A DNA stretch of 64,000 nucleotides. It comes from Podarcis muralis. Lineage: Eukaryota. Position numbers and translations under genes: made by a program. Where the stretch lies: the NCBI RefSeq assembly GCF_964188315.1, contig NC_135673.1, positions 6,386,001-6,450,000 of the forward strand, in the 5' to 3' direction. A model generated the notes under the pieces. The model was given only the letters and a program-made list of their open reading frames with translations, did no database searches and was not told where the DNA came from. Below are positions 25,559 to 37,080 of this stretch, piece after piece. How positions within the stretch are numbered: position 1 is the stretch's first letter; each line of letters starts with the position of its first letter.

Positions 25559-26108
25559 CCGTATTTTTCGCCATATAGGATGCACCGGCCCATAGGACGC
25601 AACTAGTTTTTTTGGGAGGAAATCAAGGGGGGGGGGATTTATTTTTTCCCCAGATTTGCGCAGCCATCCCCAAGCTAGAAGAAGGATATGCCTTCAGGGA
25701 CAGCCTCCCTAGCCTCTGTGAGGCAGCGCACTCCACTGCCCTGCAGAGGCTTTGCGCAGCCATCCCCAAGCTAGAAGAGGGAGACGGAGCGCTCCGTCTC
25801 CCTCTTCTGCCTTCAGGGACAGCCTCCCTAGCCTCCGTGGGGCAGCGGCTTGCCCCGCTGTCCCCCGAGCTTGTGGGGCTGGCGATGGGAAGAAGCAAGC
25901 TTGCTTCTCCCCACCGCCCGCCTCCAAACCAGGTCAGGGAATAGCGGGGTGGCGGCGCTCCACCTCCCCGCTGTCCCCCGAGCTTGTGGGGCTGGCGATG
26001 GGGAGAAGCAAGCTTGCTCCCCCCCCCCCGCCAGCCTCCAGACCAGACCCGCGGGACCTCCCGCCGGGCTTGCAAGGCTTGCGGATAGCTTCCTGAAGCC
26101 TGGAGAGC
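25559..26108. mobile_element. One-ended Tc2/pogo-type non-autonomous element
   Basis: Starts TA|CCGTATTTTTCGCCATATAGGATGCAC; no matching right TIR; shares internal sequence with 36784-37080. Confidence 0.75.
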
Positions 26109-26795
26109 TAGGATTTAAGTGTCTGCTAGGCCCCAGTGGCCAATCATGCTCTGCAATCAGTTGTCCTGACTGCTTCTTGAAGAACAAAAAGAGCTTCAAT
26201 CTATGGAGTCATTAGGGCAGCAGTTAAAGTCCCCTCCAATTATAATTGAGCCTTCTTTGCAAAGTGTTCTTAAGAAAAGCCTATTGGTCAGAATTTGGTG
26301 CTTATGTGTAGGCCAGAGTAAGATTCATAGTACCAAGTGAGCCTCTAACAAAAATAAATCCGCCATTTGGGTCTGCTATTGAGTCTCTCATCCAAAATGG
26401 GCAATACTTGGAGAAGGGGATAGCCATGCTCCCACTTTTGGAAGAGGCCATTTTGCTCACCCAGCCATTGACCCTTTAGTAATGGTGATTTGGAGCATTT
26501 ACTTTGATGGGTTTCCTGCAACATAATTATGTCTGGGTGCTCTCTGTGTCAGTTCAAGCTCTTTTTACTGCTGAGCCCTGGCCTTTAACAGTGAATGGGG
26601 GGATTTTTAGGGGGGGCCAGGATAGTTGTAATGTCTGTGCTGGGAGATCAGCAAACTGTTTTGCAACTGTGACAAAGCCTGGAACAGCCTTCCCGGCTTG
26701 CAAACTTGGGCCTTCATTGAGGCTTTTGTTAAACACTGGACTATCTGCTGGACTTCTGTCTTGAAAATCAAACAACCTAAACTGAAAACTATGTA

Positions 26796-27004
26796 CAGTG
26801 GTACCTTGGTTTGCAACCGCTTTGGATTACAACCGTTTTGGATTACAACTGTGTCAAACCCGGAAATGCGTGTCCCATTTTTTGGATTACATTCAATTTT
26901 GGTGGGAAGGCCCCATTGGTAAAAGTGCGCTTTGGGTTACAGCCTGTTTTGGTTTACAATCAGACCTCCAGAACGGATTATGGTTGTAAACCAAGGTACC
27001 ACTG
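26796..27004. mobile_element. Tigger/pogo-type MITE
   Basis: TA TSD; TIRs CAGTGGTACCTTGGTTTGCAACC / GGTTGTAAACCAAGGTACCACTG. Confidence 0.92.
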
Positions 27005-27431
27005 TACAAAAATCCTACGGTGGGCCAGCAGGAACATGGGAGTGTTGGCGATCCCTCCCATAAAACCCAGGATTGACTAGGGTGGCAGGAAGGGGTTGTG
27101 GCTCATCTCCATGTTCTCTCCTCCCACCCTCGGACAAAGGTTTTTCCAACTTACTGTTGCGCTTGTTAGAGTTCAGATCCTTTTCACACATAAGGAAATA
27201 AAATGTAACCATTTCTTACTTTCTCTTTGGAGTTGCCTTATTTCTTTGTGCCTTTTTTGGTTGTCCAGCTCTTTCGTGCTTGAGCTGGGGAGACGCACTG
27301 GGGGGAGTCATCTGCCGCTTGGGGCATGTTGTCAGCCTGTTGGTTATCACTCACAACCCAGGTTCTGCCTTTGTGCTGGACTATCAACTTAAAAGGGAAG
27401 CCTGAGTGATATGCTATGCCTGCTTCTTTTA

Positions 27432-29079
27432 GAGCTGGTCTGCTATAATCCTGAAGTCTCTGTGCCAAAGCCTTTTGGGCCACAGATGGATACGGCTTGC
27501 ACTTGAATTCTTCTTGACCATATTCACTCTTTCTTGATCTGTATCCAGCACAAAGACTCCATTATTTTCAATACCTTGTGCATAAAAAACTCCATCTTTG
27601 GCAATTACACATCTGTTGTGATTAAAAATTACATTAAAAGCATGCTTGGTCAGAGTTGACACACTCAGCAAACTTTCTGTTAATTCTGGCAAGTAAACTA
27701 CATTTCTCACTTTGTTATGAATAGTTTTTCTGCCTGCAACACACTTGAGCAAACCTGCTTCTTTTCCTTGCAGATATTTTGTGGCCATTTGCAACTGTAA
27801 CCTGTCTCTGATGAGTTTTCATTTAAGTCTCTGAAAAAATCAGCATAACCAGACAAGTGCGCTGACGCTCCTGAATCAACTAACCAACTAGAAGAATTAC
27901 TGTTAATAGCATCAGTTTTTGCTAGATAGTTCTGATGAACTGCAAATGCATTTTTAGTTTGCTTTCAGCCACCTTGGAACTTTTCTTTATTTGTGCCAAT
28001 TTGTTTTGTACAATACCTTGCAAAATGTCCTATTTTCCCACACAAAAAGCATCTAGTTTTGTCTCTTTTGTTTGCACCTTGAAAAACAGTTTTATTTTTA
28101 AAATTATACTTACCAGTCTTTTGTACAGCAAATACTTGTGTTTCACCCTTTGCTACCTTTTCTGCTCTCCTACCAGCCTCCTCTTTAAGTCTTGGTACAA
28201 CATTTTCATATCAAGTTTATCTTTAGTCTCTAGTCTAGTGCATGTATCAAAGAATTGTAACTTTCAGGCAGAATTAAAATCACTTTTTCCTCTTCTTCAA
28301 ATTTTTTGCCTATAGTATTAAATGATCCATCAACTTTGTCACTTGACTTTGATGCTTTTCTAAATCTCCATATTTTTTCAGTTTAAAACTAAACAGCTTT
28401 CTTGATAAATACAGTCTCTCATTCAGAGTGTTCCTCTCATACAATTCTTTCAGACCTCGCCACAACACTCTGGCAGTCTTAAAATCGCTTATGTGGTGTA
28501 AGTCACTGTCACTCACATGAGTTGAAATTACTGTCTTTGCCTCTCTGTCCTGCTTTTCCCACTTTACTTTTTCTGCCTCTTTTGCTGATGCAGATTTTTC
28601 AATTGTTTCCCACAAGTTCTTCACTAGCTCATTCTCCATTTGAAATTTCTCCATTTGAAATTTCTATAAAGGATGGTTACAGGCACAGAAGGCTCCAGGG
28701 CTTTCACAGGTTTTATATACGTGGTCATTGTTTTTTCTCTCTTTTCAGACTGGGCCCATAACCCTATTGTTGTGGAGGGTGGGGTGATTAACAAAACCAA
28801 TCCTCCTGGCAAACTGGGAATATCCCCTCACTCACCCAGTTTAGGACATTCCATACCTTTCCTCAGTCGAGTTTCTTTTCTTTCAGCAAAGTAAGCATGT
28901 CAAACAAAGCTTTAATAATAAAGAAAATTGTAACACTAACATACCATCTGAGAGAAACTAAAACGACTTAATGAGGCAAGAATGACAGTTGGTCTCTCTA
29001 ACTGATCTTAACTGAACACCAGAAGGGAGGGGCTGATTCCAGAGAATAACACAAAGTCCCGCCCACCAGGTGCCAGACA
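27432..29079 (-). mobile_element. Ty1/Copia LTR retrotransposon: 5' LTR, gag and start of pol, 3' truncated
   Basis: gag ORF 28310-28654 (KTARVLWRGLKELYE...RLYLSRKLF); pol piece VVYLPELTESLLSVSTL...HLWPKRLWH (cf. LWHxRLGH); TG...CA LTR at 28768-29079. Confidence 0.9.
28750..28764 (-). promoter_or_regulatory. Copia primer-binding site complementary to the tRNA-iMet anticodon region
   Basis: Plus strand CTGGGCCCATAACCC matches the vertebrate initiator tRNA anticodon arm as I recall it; lies 3 nt inside the LTR end. Confidence 0.88.
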
Positions 29080-30087
29080 TTCTAATACTCAAATTAGGCC
29101 CCAGTGTTTTTCTTGCAGTCACCTCCCCTTCCTGATTTTCTGGTAGGCCTCTTAGATGAATTATTTTCCTCCTGTCCCTGTCTGATTGTTCCTCCAACTT
29201 CATAGCAAAATCTTCTGTCATTTGTAAGAGCTGGATCTCAGACTGGTTAGTTAGAGCAAGATTGTGTGCATCATTTTATGTTTTAGAAATATCAGGCACA
29301 TATCAAATTTCTGCTCAAGTGAAGTTGGGGCTGCTCTCCAGTCCAAGGCCAGTGCCTACCTTATTTTATTAATGTAATCATCTGACTCTCTGGCCTCTTC
29401 CATTACAGCAGCTGCTTTCTTGCCTTTTTGGGCCTTCATGAAGCCTCATACAGAGCTCCCTCTATTTCTTTCTAAAGCACTAACATTGCAGATTTCCTTT
29501 TTGGTCCCCATATTTCTTGAATCATCTCCATGCTGAGGCTGTATAAAACTTTTTGATTAGATGTCAGTAGGATCCACTCTGATTAGAATTTGTCCCAGGG
29601 CGATTGGAGATACAGAAATATGCCTCTATTTAGCTTTCCTGCTAGCCACCCCTTCCCCAGCTTTTTCTACACATGGAGGCTTCTCATACAGTTTAGATCC
29701 CCATCTTCTCAGGTTCTAAACCATGTAGGGAACCTGTACAATTGCAACAGGTTCCACCACCTTTATCAAGGGTGGGAAACTGGACTGAGCAGGTGGGCTA
29801 GCTCTAAAACTTTGCCACCCCCTGTGGACTGTGCAACAACATTATATGGCAATAAACAATTTACCCTGTGAAAAATTGGGAGCAAGTTCCTATTTTCTTC
29901 CACTCTGTCCTATTTTCTTCCACTCTTTCCTTGCAGGTGTGGCCTGCTTCAATTCAAGTTGCATTGAACAACCTTCCTTTGTAGGCTTAGCTCAGGTTCA
30001 TTTCTGCATTTCTGATTGTTCTTGTTCAGTTTGGCCCCTTATTGTATTGCCTTCTTAGCTTTCTCCTGTCCAGGTTCCTTTTACTCC

Positions 30088-30230
30088 TGGGGTGGAGCAA
30101 TAGCTCAGTTGTAGAGCATCTGCTTTGTGTGACGAAGGTTTCAGGTTAAATTTCCTATCTCCATATAGGGCTGGGAAAAGCTCCCATCTGGACCAAGGTT
30201 CAGGCAACCTCCTGTTTCTATGTTCATCCT
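30088..30230 (+). mobile_element. tRNA-derived SINE head (degraded)
   Basis: TAGCTCAGTTGTAGAGCATCTGCTTTG A-box-like head. Confidence 0.6.
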
Positions 30231-30689
30231 CCGCTGGATCATCAATGCAAATGGGCTGTGCAAGCAAAGAGGACAGATCTGAGCACCAACGAGCTCACAT
30301 TTCACCACTATGAATCTCTCCCACTGAAGTTGTCTCACCTTGAGTAGCAGCAACTTTCCATTTGCTTCACTGAATCATGTGCTACCTCATAATGTGGAAA
30401 GCAGCAAACATTAACAAGACACATGACAAGCTTGGTGAGTCAACCAAAGTGAGTGCATCTGTCAACAAGGGGCAGGTGGCCAGCTCTTTTCCTCAAGGGA
30501 AAGATGGCTGAATAAATAACACAGCAAAGGTAAAGCAGATCCCATCAAGCTCCCTTGCCAAATTCAATCAGGCCAGGTGAGCTCTGAACACACAGATCCA
30601 AAAATTAAAAGTTTACTGTGCCAAACATGCTACTTGAATACAAAATTCCCCCTTGTAAAGGGCAGGAGGGGAAGACATTATAACAAAGT

Positions 30690-30870
30690 ATTTATAAACT
30701 ACTTGAATAAAAGAATTGAGGGGATGCTCATCAAATTTGCAGATGGCACCAAACTGGAAAGGATAGCTAATGCCACAAAAGACAGAATCAAAATTCAAAA
30801 TGATTGGATAACTGGGCCCAAGCTAACAAAATGAATTTCAATAGGGACAAATGTCAATTATCTAATTTCT
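30690..30870 (+). mobile_element. CR1 RT fragment
   Basis: IEGMLIKFADGTKL...DRIKIQND (CR1 FADD region). Confidence 0.85.
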
Positions 30871-31992
30871 GTGGTTAACAAATGTAGTTCTTCATGTCCA
30901 TTTATTATATAAAGAATATTTCTAAGATGAGATGCACAATGATACCATTTAAGCTGGGATATCCCTCTGTCAATAGGGGTAAATAATACAATATCGTGTG
31001 GTTGTGATCAATTGATGAATAAATTATATAATAAGCTTTTGTCACCTAATAATGGTGTCTGGATAGGAATAGTTTGAAAAAGAAGCAAAATTTTCTGAAG
31101 TAACATTTTAACTGTTGAAATATTGCCCCATCAAGTCATATATAGCTTTTTCCAAATTCTCATGTTAGTTTTGAAGTCTGTGATTATTGGTTTATAATTT
31201 ATTCCAGCTTTGAGACTTTTGTATGTATATATGTGTGTGTGTGTGTGAAATGAATTTGCATATTGCATAGTTTAAGAACTGAGAATTTGTGGAGACCATG
31301 TATTAATTCTGGAGGCGTTTGAATGCAAAACTATCCTGATTTACCATAATTCACTTTAAATCCAGATACCGAGTTAAATTGGGATTATTCTTGCATGATG
31401 ACCTGAATTAAAATTTGAGGATATGGTGTTATCATTGTATTGTCACCTGCAAAGAAGTTCAACATATAGCATTTACCACGAACTGTTATTTCCAAATTGG
31501 ATGGATTCTGTTGGAGTGCTTAGGGCCATTGATTCCTTGACTACAACAAAAAGCAGAGGGGATGGAGGGTAATCTTGCTTTGTGCCCTGGCTGATAAGAA
31601 AAACCCCCAAAGTATCTTCAATTTACCTGTATGTTTGCATGGGTAGAATCATGCAGTCTTTTTATCAAATTGACAAAGGGGGAATCATACCCTGAATCTG
31701 GTCAATGCAGCAAACAAAAAAGGCTGGTTAAATCAATCAAAAGCTTTAGTGATGTCTACTTAGAATATTTCAGTAGAATTTGGTTGGGCATAGGCCATGA
31801 ATAATATTTAGTATGTGCCTGATGGGAATAATGATATACATATCTATGGTGAATATATAATATATGGTCTTTATTAATGTAATTTGGTTCAATTCATGCC
31901 TGTCTGTCTGTTTTATCAGGATTTTTTGCATCCACATTTATCAATAAGATGGGTCAGTAAGAGTTGGTTAGTTACAGGTTTTTTAATGGCTT

Positions 31993-32111
31993 GTTGTTGT
32001 TGTTGTTTAGTCGTTTAGTTGTGTCCGACTCTTCGTGACCCCATGGACCAGAGCACGCCAGGCACTCCTGTCTTCCACTGCCTCCCGCAGTTTGGTCAAA
32101 TTCATGCTGGC
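31993..32111 (-). mobile_element. Short BovB (RTE) 3' end
   Basis: (CAA)n tail; TSD TTTTTTAATGGCTT at 31979-31992 and 32112-32125; matches 62056-62455. Confidence 0.93.
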
Positions 32112-32499
32112 TTTTTTAATGGCTTAGGAAGTACTATAATATTTGTTGGTTTCCATGTGCTAGGGACTTCCCCTCTAGAAAAAGATACTTGTGAACAACT
32201 TAGAAAGAAGAGGTACCAATTGAGTTTGGAATGCTTTATAGAAAGCTCCCATAATTCTGTTCAAGCTCGGAGACTTAGATAGTTTCAGGTTTTTAATAGT
32301 TGTTTTATTGTTGTTGTTTTCGTCGTTACTATTTCTTCTAGCTTAGATGGTGGAGGATGCTTTGTGTGAATGGCAGCAGTATGAATTTTATCAAAGGAAG
32401 TGATTGAGCGATATACTTAATCCGTTCAGTGAACAGTCAGTGTGTTTCCAAATTCACTTGACTTGAGTCTCTATGCCCCAATAACATCAGGGTGAATTG

Positions 32500-33480
32500 C
32501 CTGTGCCCACAGCTGATGTGCTGCCTGGACCAGCTCTTCAGGCTCATAGAGTTCAACAGCAGCATTGAACTGGACTGCCTCTAGATTACCCAGTGACTTG
32601 AGGGGATGTGCCAGTGATGCTGCTGGCTAGACCATGACATGCAGGGAACAAGGGAGAAGCTGCACCAGTCAGTGTCTGAGCATTCAGTCCTGAAAGTGAA
32701 GTTGAAACATGCCCGCAACCAAGTGGAGGTGGAGATGAAGAAAAGGCCTCAGGTGGAAAAGTAGGAGTACAAGCTACAGTTACTATATGACTATCTGGTC
32801 GCTGATCTGCATATCAGTCTTTTCAATGAGGACCGGCAGTCAGTCCTGGCAGCTTCAACCACAGCACTCTGCTGCCTGACAAGTGGCTATCTGCAGTGGA
32901 AGAATATAGCACCTGAAATATACTCGGAGTCAAGTGTGGATTTCATGCTCTTTATTCAGCTCATAGTAGTGAGGAATGAAAGTTCCCCCAAAATATCTGC
33001 TTTATATACATTATTTACACAATGGGTCGCACGTGATTGGCTAATTCTGGGATTCTCCTGTAAGCCAATCAGGATGCAGATTCACTTCCAACTGGAGCTG
33101 GACCAATCATACTGCTGCATTGTTCTAGGACCAATCAGACTGCTGCTTTTTGGATCCTATTCAACTCAGTACATAACAGCACCTCAATCAAATCAGGCAT
33201 CAGCTTTGACTACTCAGATGAGGAAGTGAATTTGGAAGTGATAAAAATCCATCAAAGCAGATACAAAGGGTCTCCTCACTCATATTCCTGATTCAGCCAG
33301 TGGTAACAACCAAATCTGCATAGACATCTGTGGCACCTCCTCCTAGCTCCAATGAGATGTCTGTCGCAGTCCTGAAATCTGGAACCACTGCCCACATTTT
33401 GCCACCTATTGTATGGTTCATCACTGATCCCATCAGAGTCACTGCATCTCTACCCTCTGACACCTCACTAAAGGCTGGGG
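32500..33480 (+). pseudogene. RACGAP1: Pseudogene fragment of a RACGAP1-like (MgcRacGAP) gene, N-terminal part
   Basis: MCCLDQLFRLIEFNSSIE...SVLKVKLKHARNQVEVEMKKR (cf. LDVKLKHARNQVDVEIKRR), continuing after the LTR as SGISFDYSDEEV; several stops; apparently intronless; may be the non-mammalian paralog. Confidence 0.85.
32914..33178 (-). mobile_element. Solo LTR
   Basis: TG...CA termini; 5-bp TSD GCACC at 32909-32913 and 33179-33183; CTTTATT (AATAAA on minus); CCAAT repeats. Confidence 0.9.
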
Positions 33481-34290
33481 CACTAGTAATCTATCTCAAT
33501 ATTTTTGAATGGCATCTATGTAAATTGTTTCAGCAGTATAGTTTTATTGGGGGGGGGGGTTGGAATTGATGTCAAATCTGATTAGGATCAATTTTTTAAA
33601 ATCTTTGTTTAATTGTAAGGAAAGTACTTGTTTCCATTTTCCCCCCTCAGTAAGTTTGCAAATATCTTAAAATTTTTGTTGCCAAATTCATAAACTTTTG
33701 GGCCCAATACTGAAGTGAGCCAGCTACTTTAGGGATTGCTAGCATTTTAAATTCAGCTCATTTACATAGTAATTTTCTGCACAACCTAGGACTTTGGGAT
33801 TCCTGTAATCTTATATTTAGTCTAAATTCTTTTATGTCTGCAAGAAGTGAGGAATGAATTTTTATTTATTTCTCTAATCTAGATCTTTCACTTATAAGAT
33901 GTCTTCTCACCATTGCCCTCAGAGTATCCCATACTAATGCTGGGAAGTGCTCTCCCATATCTTTAATATCTAAGAAATCTGTACTTTCTCCATGACTAAT
34001 GTATTTGGTCAGTAAAACACTTAAGGCTCCAGCAGAGGGTAGGGGAAGGTGTTGAATGTAAGCTTATAATGGTGATGAGGGGAGCATGGGCCAACATCAG
34101 TCTTAAGCCTTCTTGGAGCGGAGGAGTTTATTAGTCTACTCCTCTGGGATTAGGATACGATCAATTTGGAAATATGATAGGCGTCTCCCTGAAGAAAAAG
34201 TGAAATATTTTTCTCCCCTATGCTGGGTCCTCCAAGAGTCAATAATTTTAAACTTCGGTAAAAGAGAGTCAAAGTTTAGAGTTTCATAAT

Positions 34291-34698
34291 AAATAAAATA
34301 AATAAAAATAAACCTTTATTGTCACTACACCACCTGTGTGCAGTGAAATTAAATGAGCCCCCCTCCTCCCCCAATACACTCAGTCTTGTTCGCGCTCTGT
34401 GTGCTTGTCGGAAGTCAAATCCACCACTGTTTTTTTCCATTCAGCAGCCCAACAGCCCACGGATAAAAACTGTTCTTTAACCTGTTGGTGCAGCTGACTA
34501 TACTACTTCTGCCCGAAGGTAGGAGATTAAAGAGGTGCTGGCCAGGGTGAGTCATCCCTAAGAATTTTCCTCACTCTCCTGAGGCAGCAGTCTCCTGTGA
34601 TGTCATCTAGCGAACTCTGGGGGCAGCCCATGATATCATGTGCAGTATTCACGACCCTCTGTAGCGACTTCCTGTCCGTGGCTGTCAAACCAGCCTAC
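34291..34698 (-). mobile_element. Rex1/Babar LINE 3' end
   Basis: Minus-strand AGLTATDRKSLQRVVNTAHDIMGCP (cf. Rex1 DRKALQRVVKTAQ); (TTTAT)n tail; possible TSD CATAAT. Confidence 0.8.
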
Positions 34699-35887
34699 CA
34701 TAATGTACCTTTTTCCTGCCCCTTTTTCTTGCCCCAGACCTACCTAGTTAATTTGAGAATGTAAGATTTACTACTAGCTTACCTATAAGAAATGATGTAA
34801 GAGATGAAAGTAAACATTTCAGAAAGCTGCCTTGTCCTTTACTAGGACTGTAGTGAGCCAAAGTGAGTTCCCTGTGCAGTATTGTCTCTTTAACAACGGA
34901 CTGTCTTAGGGGATCCTTACAAAGAAAACCTGCCTTATCTGAGAGCTAAATCTTGAAGCATCGCTCTTTGGATGTGCACTAATAATTATACCAGCACACA
35001 CACCCGTTATCTGAAGTGGTTTGACATTCAAATCTGGGTCCTTAGCTTTCCTTTGGTGTGTCTCCTGAATAAGGGGAATATCAGGATAATATTTACTATG
35101 AACCAAAATAACTCTTTCCCATTTAATAGAGTTGCCTAGTTCATTTACAATCCAAGTTTAGACACTTTTAGTTTAGACATAATATAAAAATGATATTAAC
35201 AGCATCAAATGGTTGAAGAAAACCAAGTACCAAATATTCCGAGATTAGAATAACAATAACTATAAACGGTCTTCTTGTCCCAACATAATCGAGAGTGGAT
35301 ATCTACCTCACATCTCATCTCCCACACTGGGAGTGTAAAAACTAGTGGAAAAAATTAGAAAATAAATTCAAGAAGCAAAAAGAAAGGCAGTGGAGTCTCA
35401 GCACCATTTTAGATTGAGAGGGAACCATCTGCATTGTTTCTTCCTGCCCTTGATTTAGAATCATAGAATCTTGGAAGGGACCCAAGGGTCATCTAGTCCA
35501 ACCCCCTGCAAAAAAGGAATCTCAGCTAAAGCATCCATGACAGACAGCCATCCAACCTCTGTTTAACAACCTCCAAGGAAAGAGAGTCCACAACCTTCCG
35601 AGGAAGATTGTTCTACTGTCAAACAGCTCTTTCTAAGTTTTTCCTCCTTTCTTGCAAATTGAAGCCATTGGTTCAAGTCCTACCTTCCAGTGCAGGTAAA
35701 AACAAGCTTGCTCCATCTTCCATGCGACAACCCTTTAGATATTTGAAGATGGCTATAATATCTCCTCTGTCACCTCATTTCCAGGCTAAACATTCCTAGC
35801 TCCTCCAACCTTTCCTCATAAGGTTCGGCTTCTAGATCCTTGATCACCCTACTTGCCCTCTTTCAGGTATGGTCTGACCAAGGCAGA

Positions 35888-36140
35888 TGTCAGGAGTCCA
35901 GGTTCCCAGCTTGATAATACAGTGTGTGGGTAATGAAAATGGAGGATTTATTACAAAATAAATCTGTGTTCCAGCTCACTCTCAGTTGTTCCCTTGACAA
36001 CCGGCCATCCAAGGTCAGGGAGAGTCAACGTTGGCAGCTGTGTGCTCTGCTCAGCTGACGTCGACTCCAAACTTTTCTGTTCCTGACTGTATTCAGCAGC
36101 TGGATGCAAAGTTGGACTAGGAGCTGGCTCATTCCTGACA
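35888..36140. mobile_element. Solo LTR inserted in CR1
   Basis: TGTCAGGA...TCCTGACA; 5-bp TSD GCAGA at 35883-35887 and 36141-36145. Confidence 0.88.
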
Positions 36141-36783
36141 GCAGAATAGAGTGGTGCTACCCTTGATCTGAACACTATACTTCTGTGATGCAGTCTAGAA
36201 TAGTATTAGCGCTTTTTTTTTTTTGCTAGTGCAACACACTGTTGATCCATGTTAAGCTTGTAGTCCACTAAGACTCCTAGATCCTTTTCACATGTCCTGC
36301 TAGCAAGCCAGGTGTCCTCCATTCTAAATTTGTGAATCTGGTTCTCCCTGCCTACATTTGTCACTATTGAAATCCATTTCATTAGCTTGCACCTATTTCT
36401 CCAATCTGTTAAGGACATTTTGAACTTTGATTCTGTCCCCTTTGGCATTAGCTACACCTCCCAGTTTCGTGTCATATGCAAATTTGATGAGTATCCCCTC
36501 AATTCATTAAAGTTACCCATAAAGATGTTGAACAACAGTGGGCCCAGGACAGAATCCTGCAGCACCCCACTTGTCACTTTTTCCCAGGAGGACAAGGAAC
36601 CATTAATGAGTATTCTTTGGGTTCAGTCAGTCAACCAGCTACAAATCCACCCTAATAGTTACCTTGTTCAACCCACATTTTACAAGCTTCCTCATGAGAA
36701 TATCTTGGGGGACTTTGTCAAAAGCCTTACTGAAATCATGATACACTACGTCCACAGCATTTCCCTGATCCACCAAGTTGGTA

Positions 36784-37080
36784 CCGTATTTTTCACCCTA
36801 TAGGACGCACTTTTTCCCCTCCAAAAATGAAGGGGAAATGTGTGTGCGTCCTATGGGGTGAATGCAGCCTTTGCTGAAGCCTGGAGAGCGAGAGGCATTG
36901 GTGCGCACTGACCCCTCTCGCTCTCCAGGCTTCAGGAAGCTATCCGCAAGCCTTGCAAGCCCGGGGGAGTTCCCGCGGGCTCGCAAGGCTTGCTGGCAGC
37001 AGCCTGCAGCCCGGAGCATGGGGCGCCCTCCGGAGGACGCCCCGTGCTTCGGGAAGGTGTCTGCAAGCCTCCCGCGCCCG
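36784..37080. mobile_element. One-ended Tc2/pogo-type non-autonomous element
   Basis: TA|CCGTATTTTTCACCCTATAGGACGCAC; no right TIR; sits at a deletion in CR1 ORF2. Confidence 0.75.

Larger units (their letters stand above)
20382..29560 (-). mobile_element. Old near-full-length L1 broken by nested insertions
   Basis: Collinear on minus: ORF1 (KLEEQSDRDRRKIIHLRGLPE at 29.1-29.2 kb; LKEAGIAYHSGFPFKLIV at 27.4 kb), endonuclease (PDIIMLQETHQ at 26.5 kb), SYRPIALINVDAK (24.3 kb), FADDTLVIL (22.9 kb), LSWLGKIAVIK (22.55 kb), C-terminus (20.7-21.1 kb). Confidence 0.8.
30900..35400 (-). mobile_element. Second fragmented L1 (endonuclease to RT) with nested insertions
   Basis: DIPLIQETHQ (35.05 kb), DSWRTQH...YFQIDRIL (34.2 kb), FYKAFQTQLVPLLSKLF...VPSTW (32.2 kb), WGNISTVKM...LLFQTIPI (31.1 kb). 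Confidence 0.8.

Noticed and set aside
23283-26215. Many overlapping 100-210 aa ORFs
   Set aside because: They arise from GC-rich MITE interiors poor in stop codons; no coding signature.
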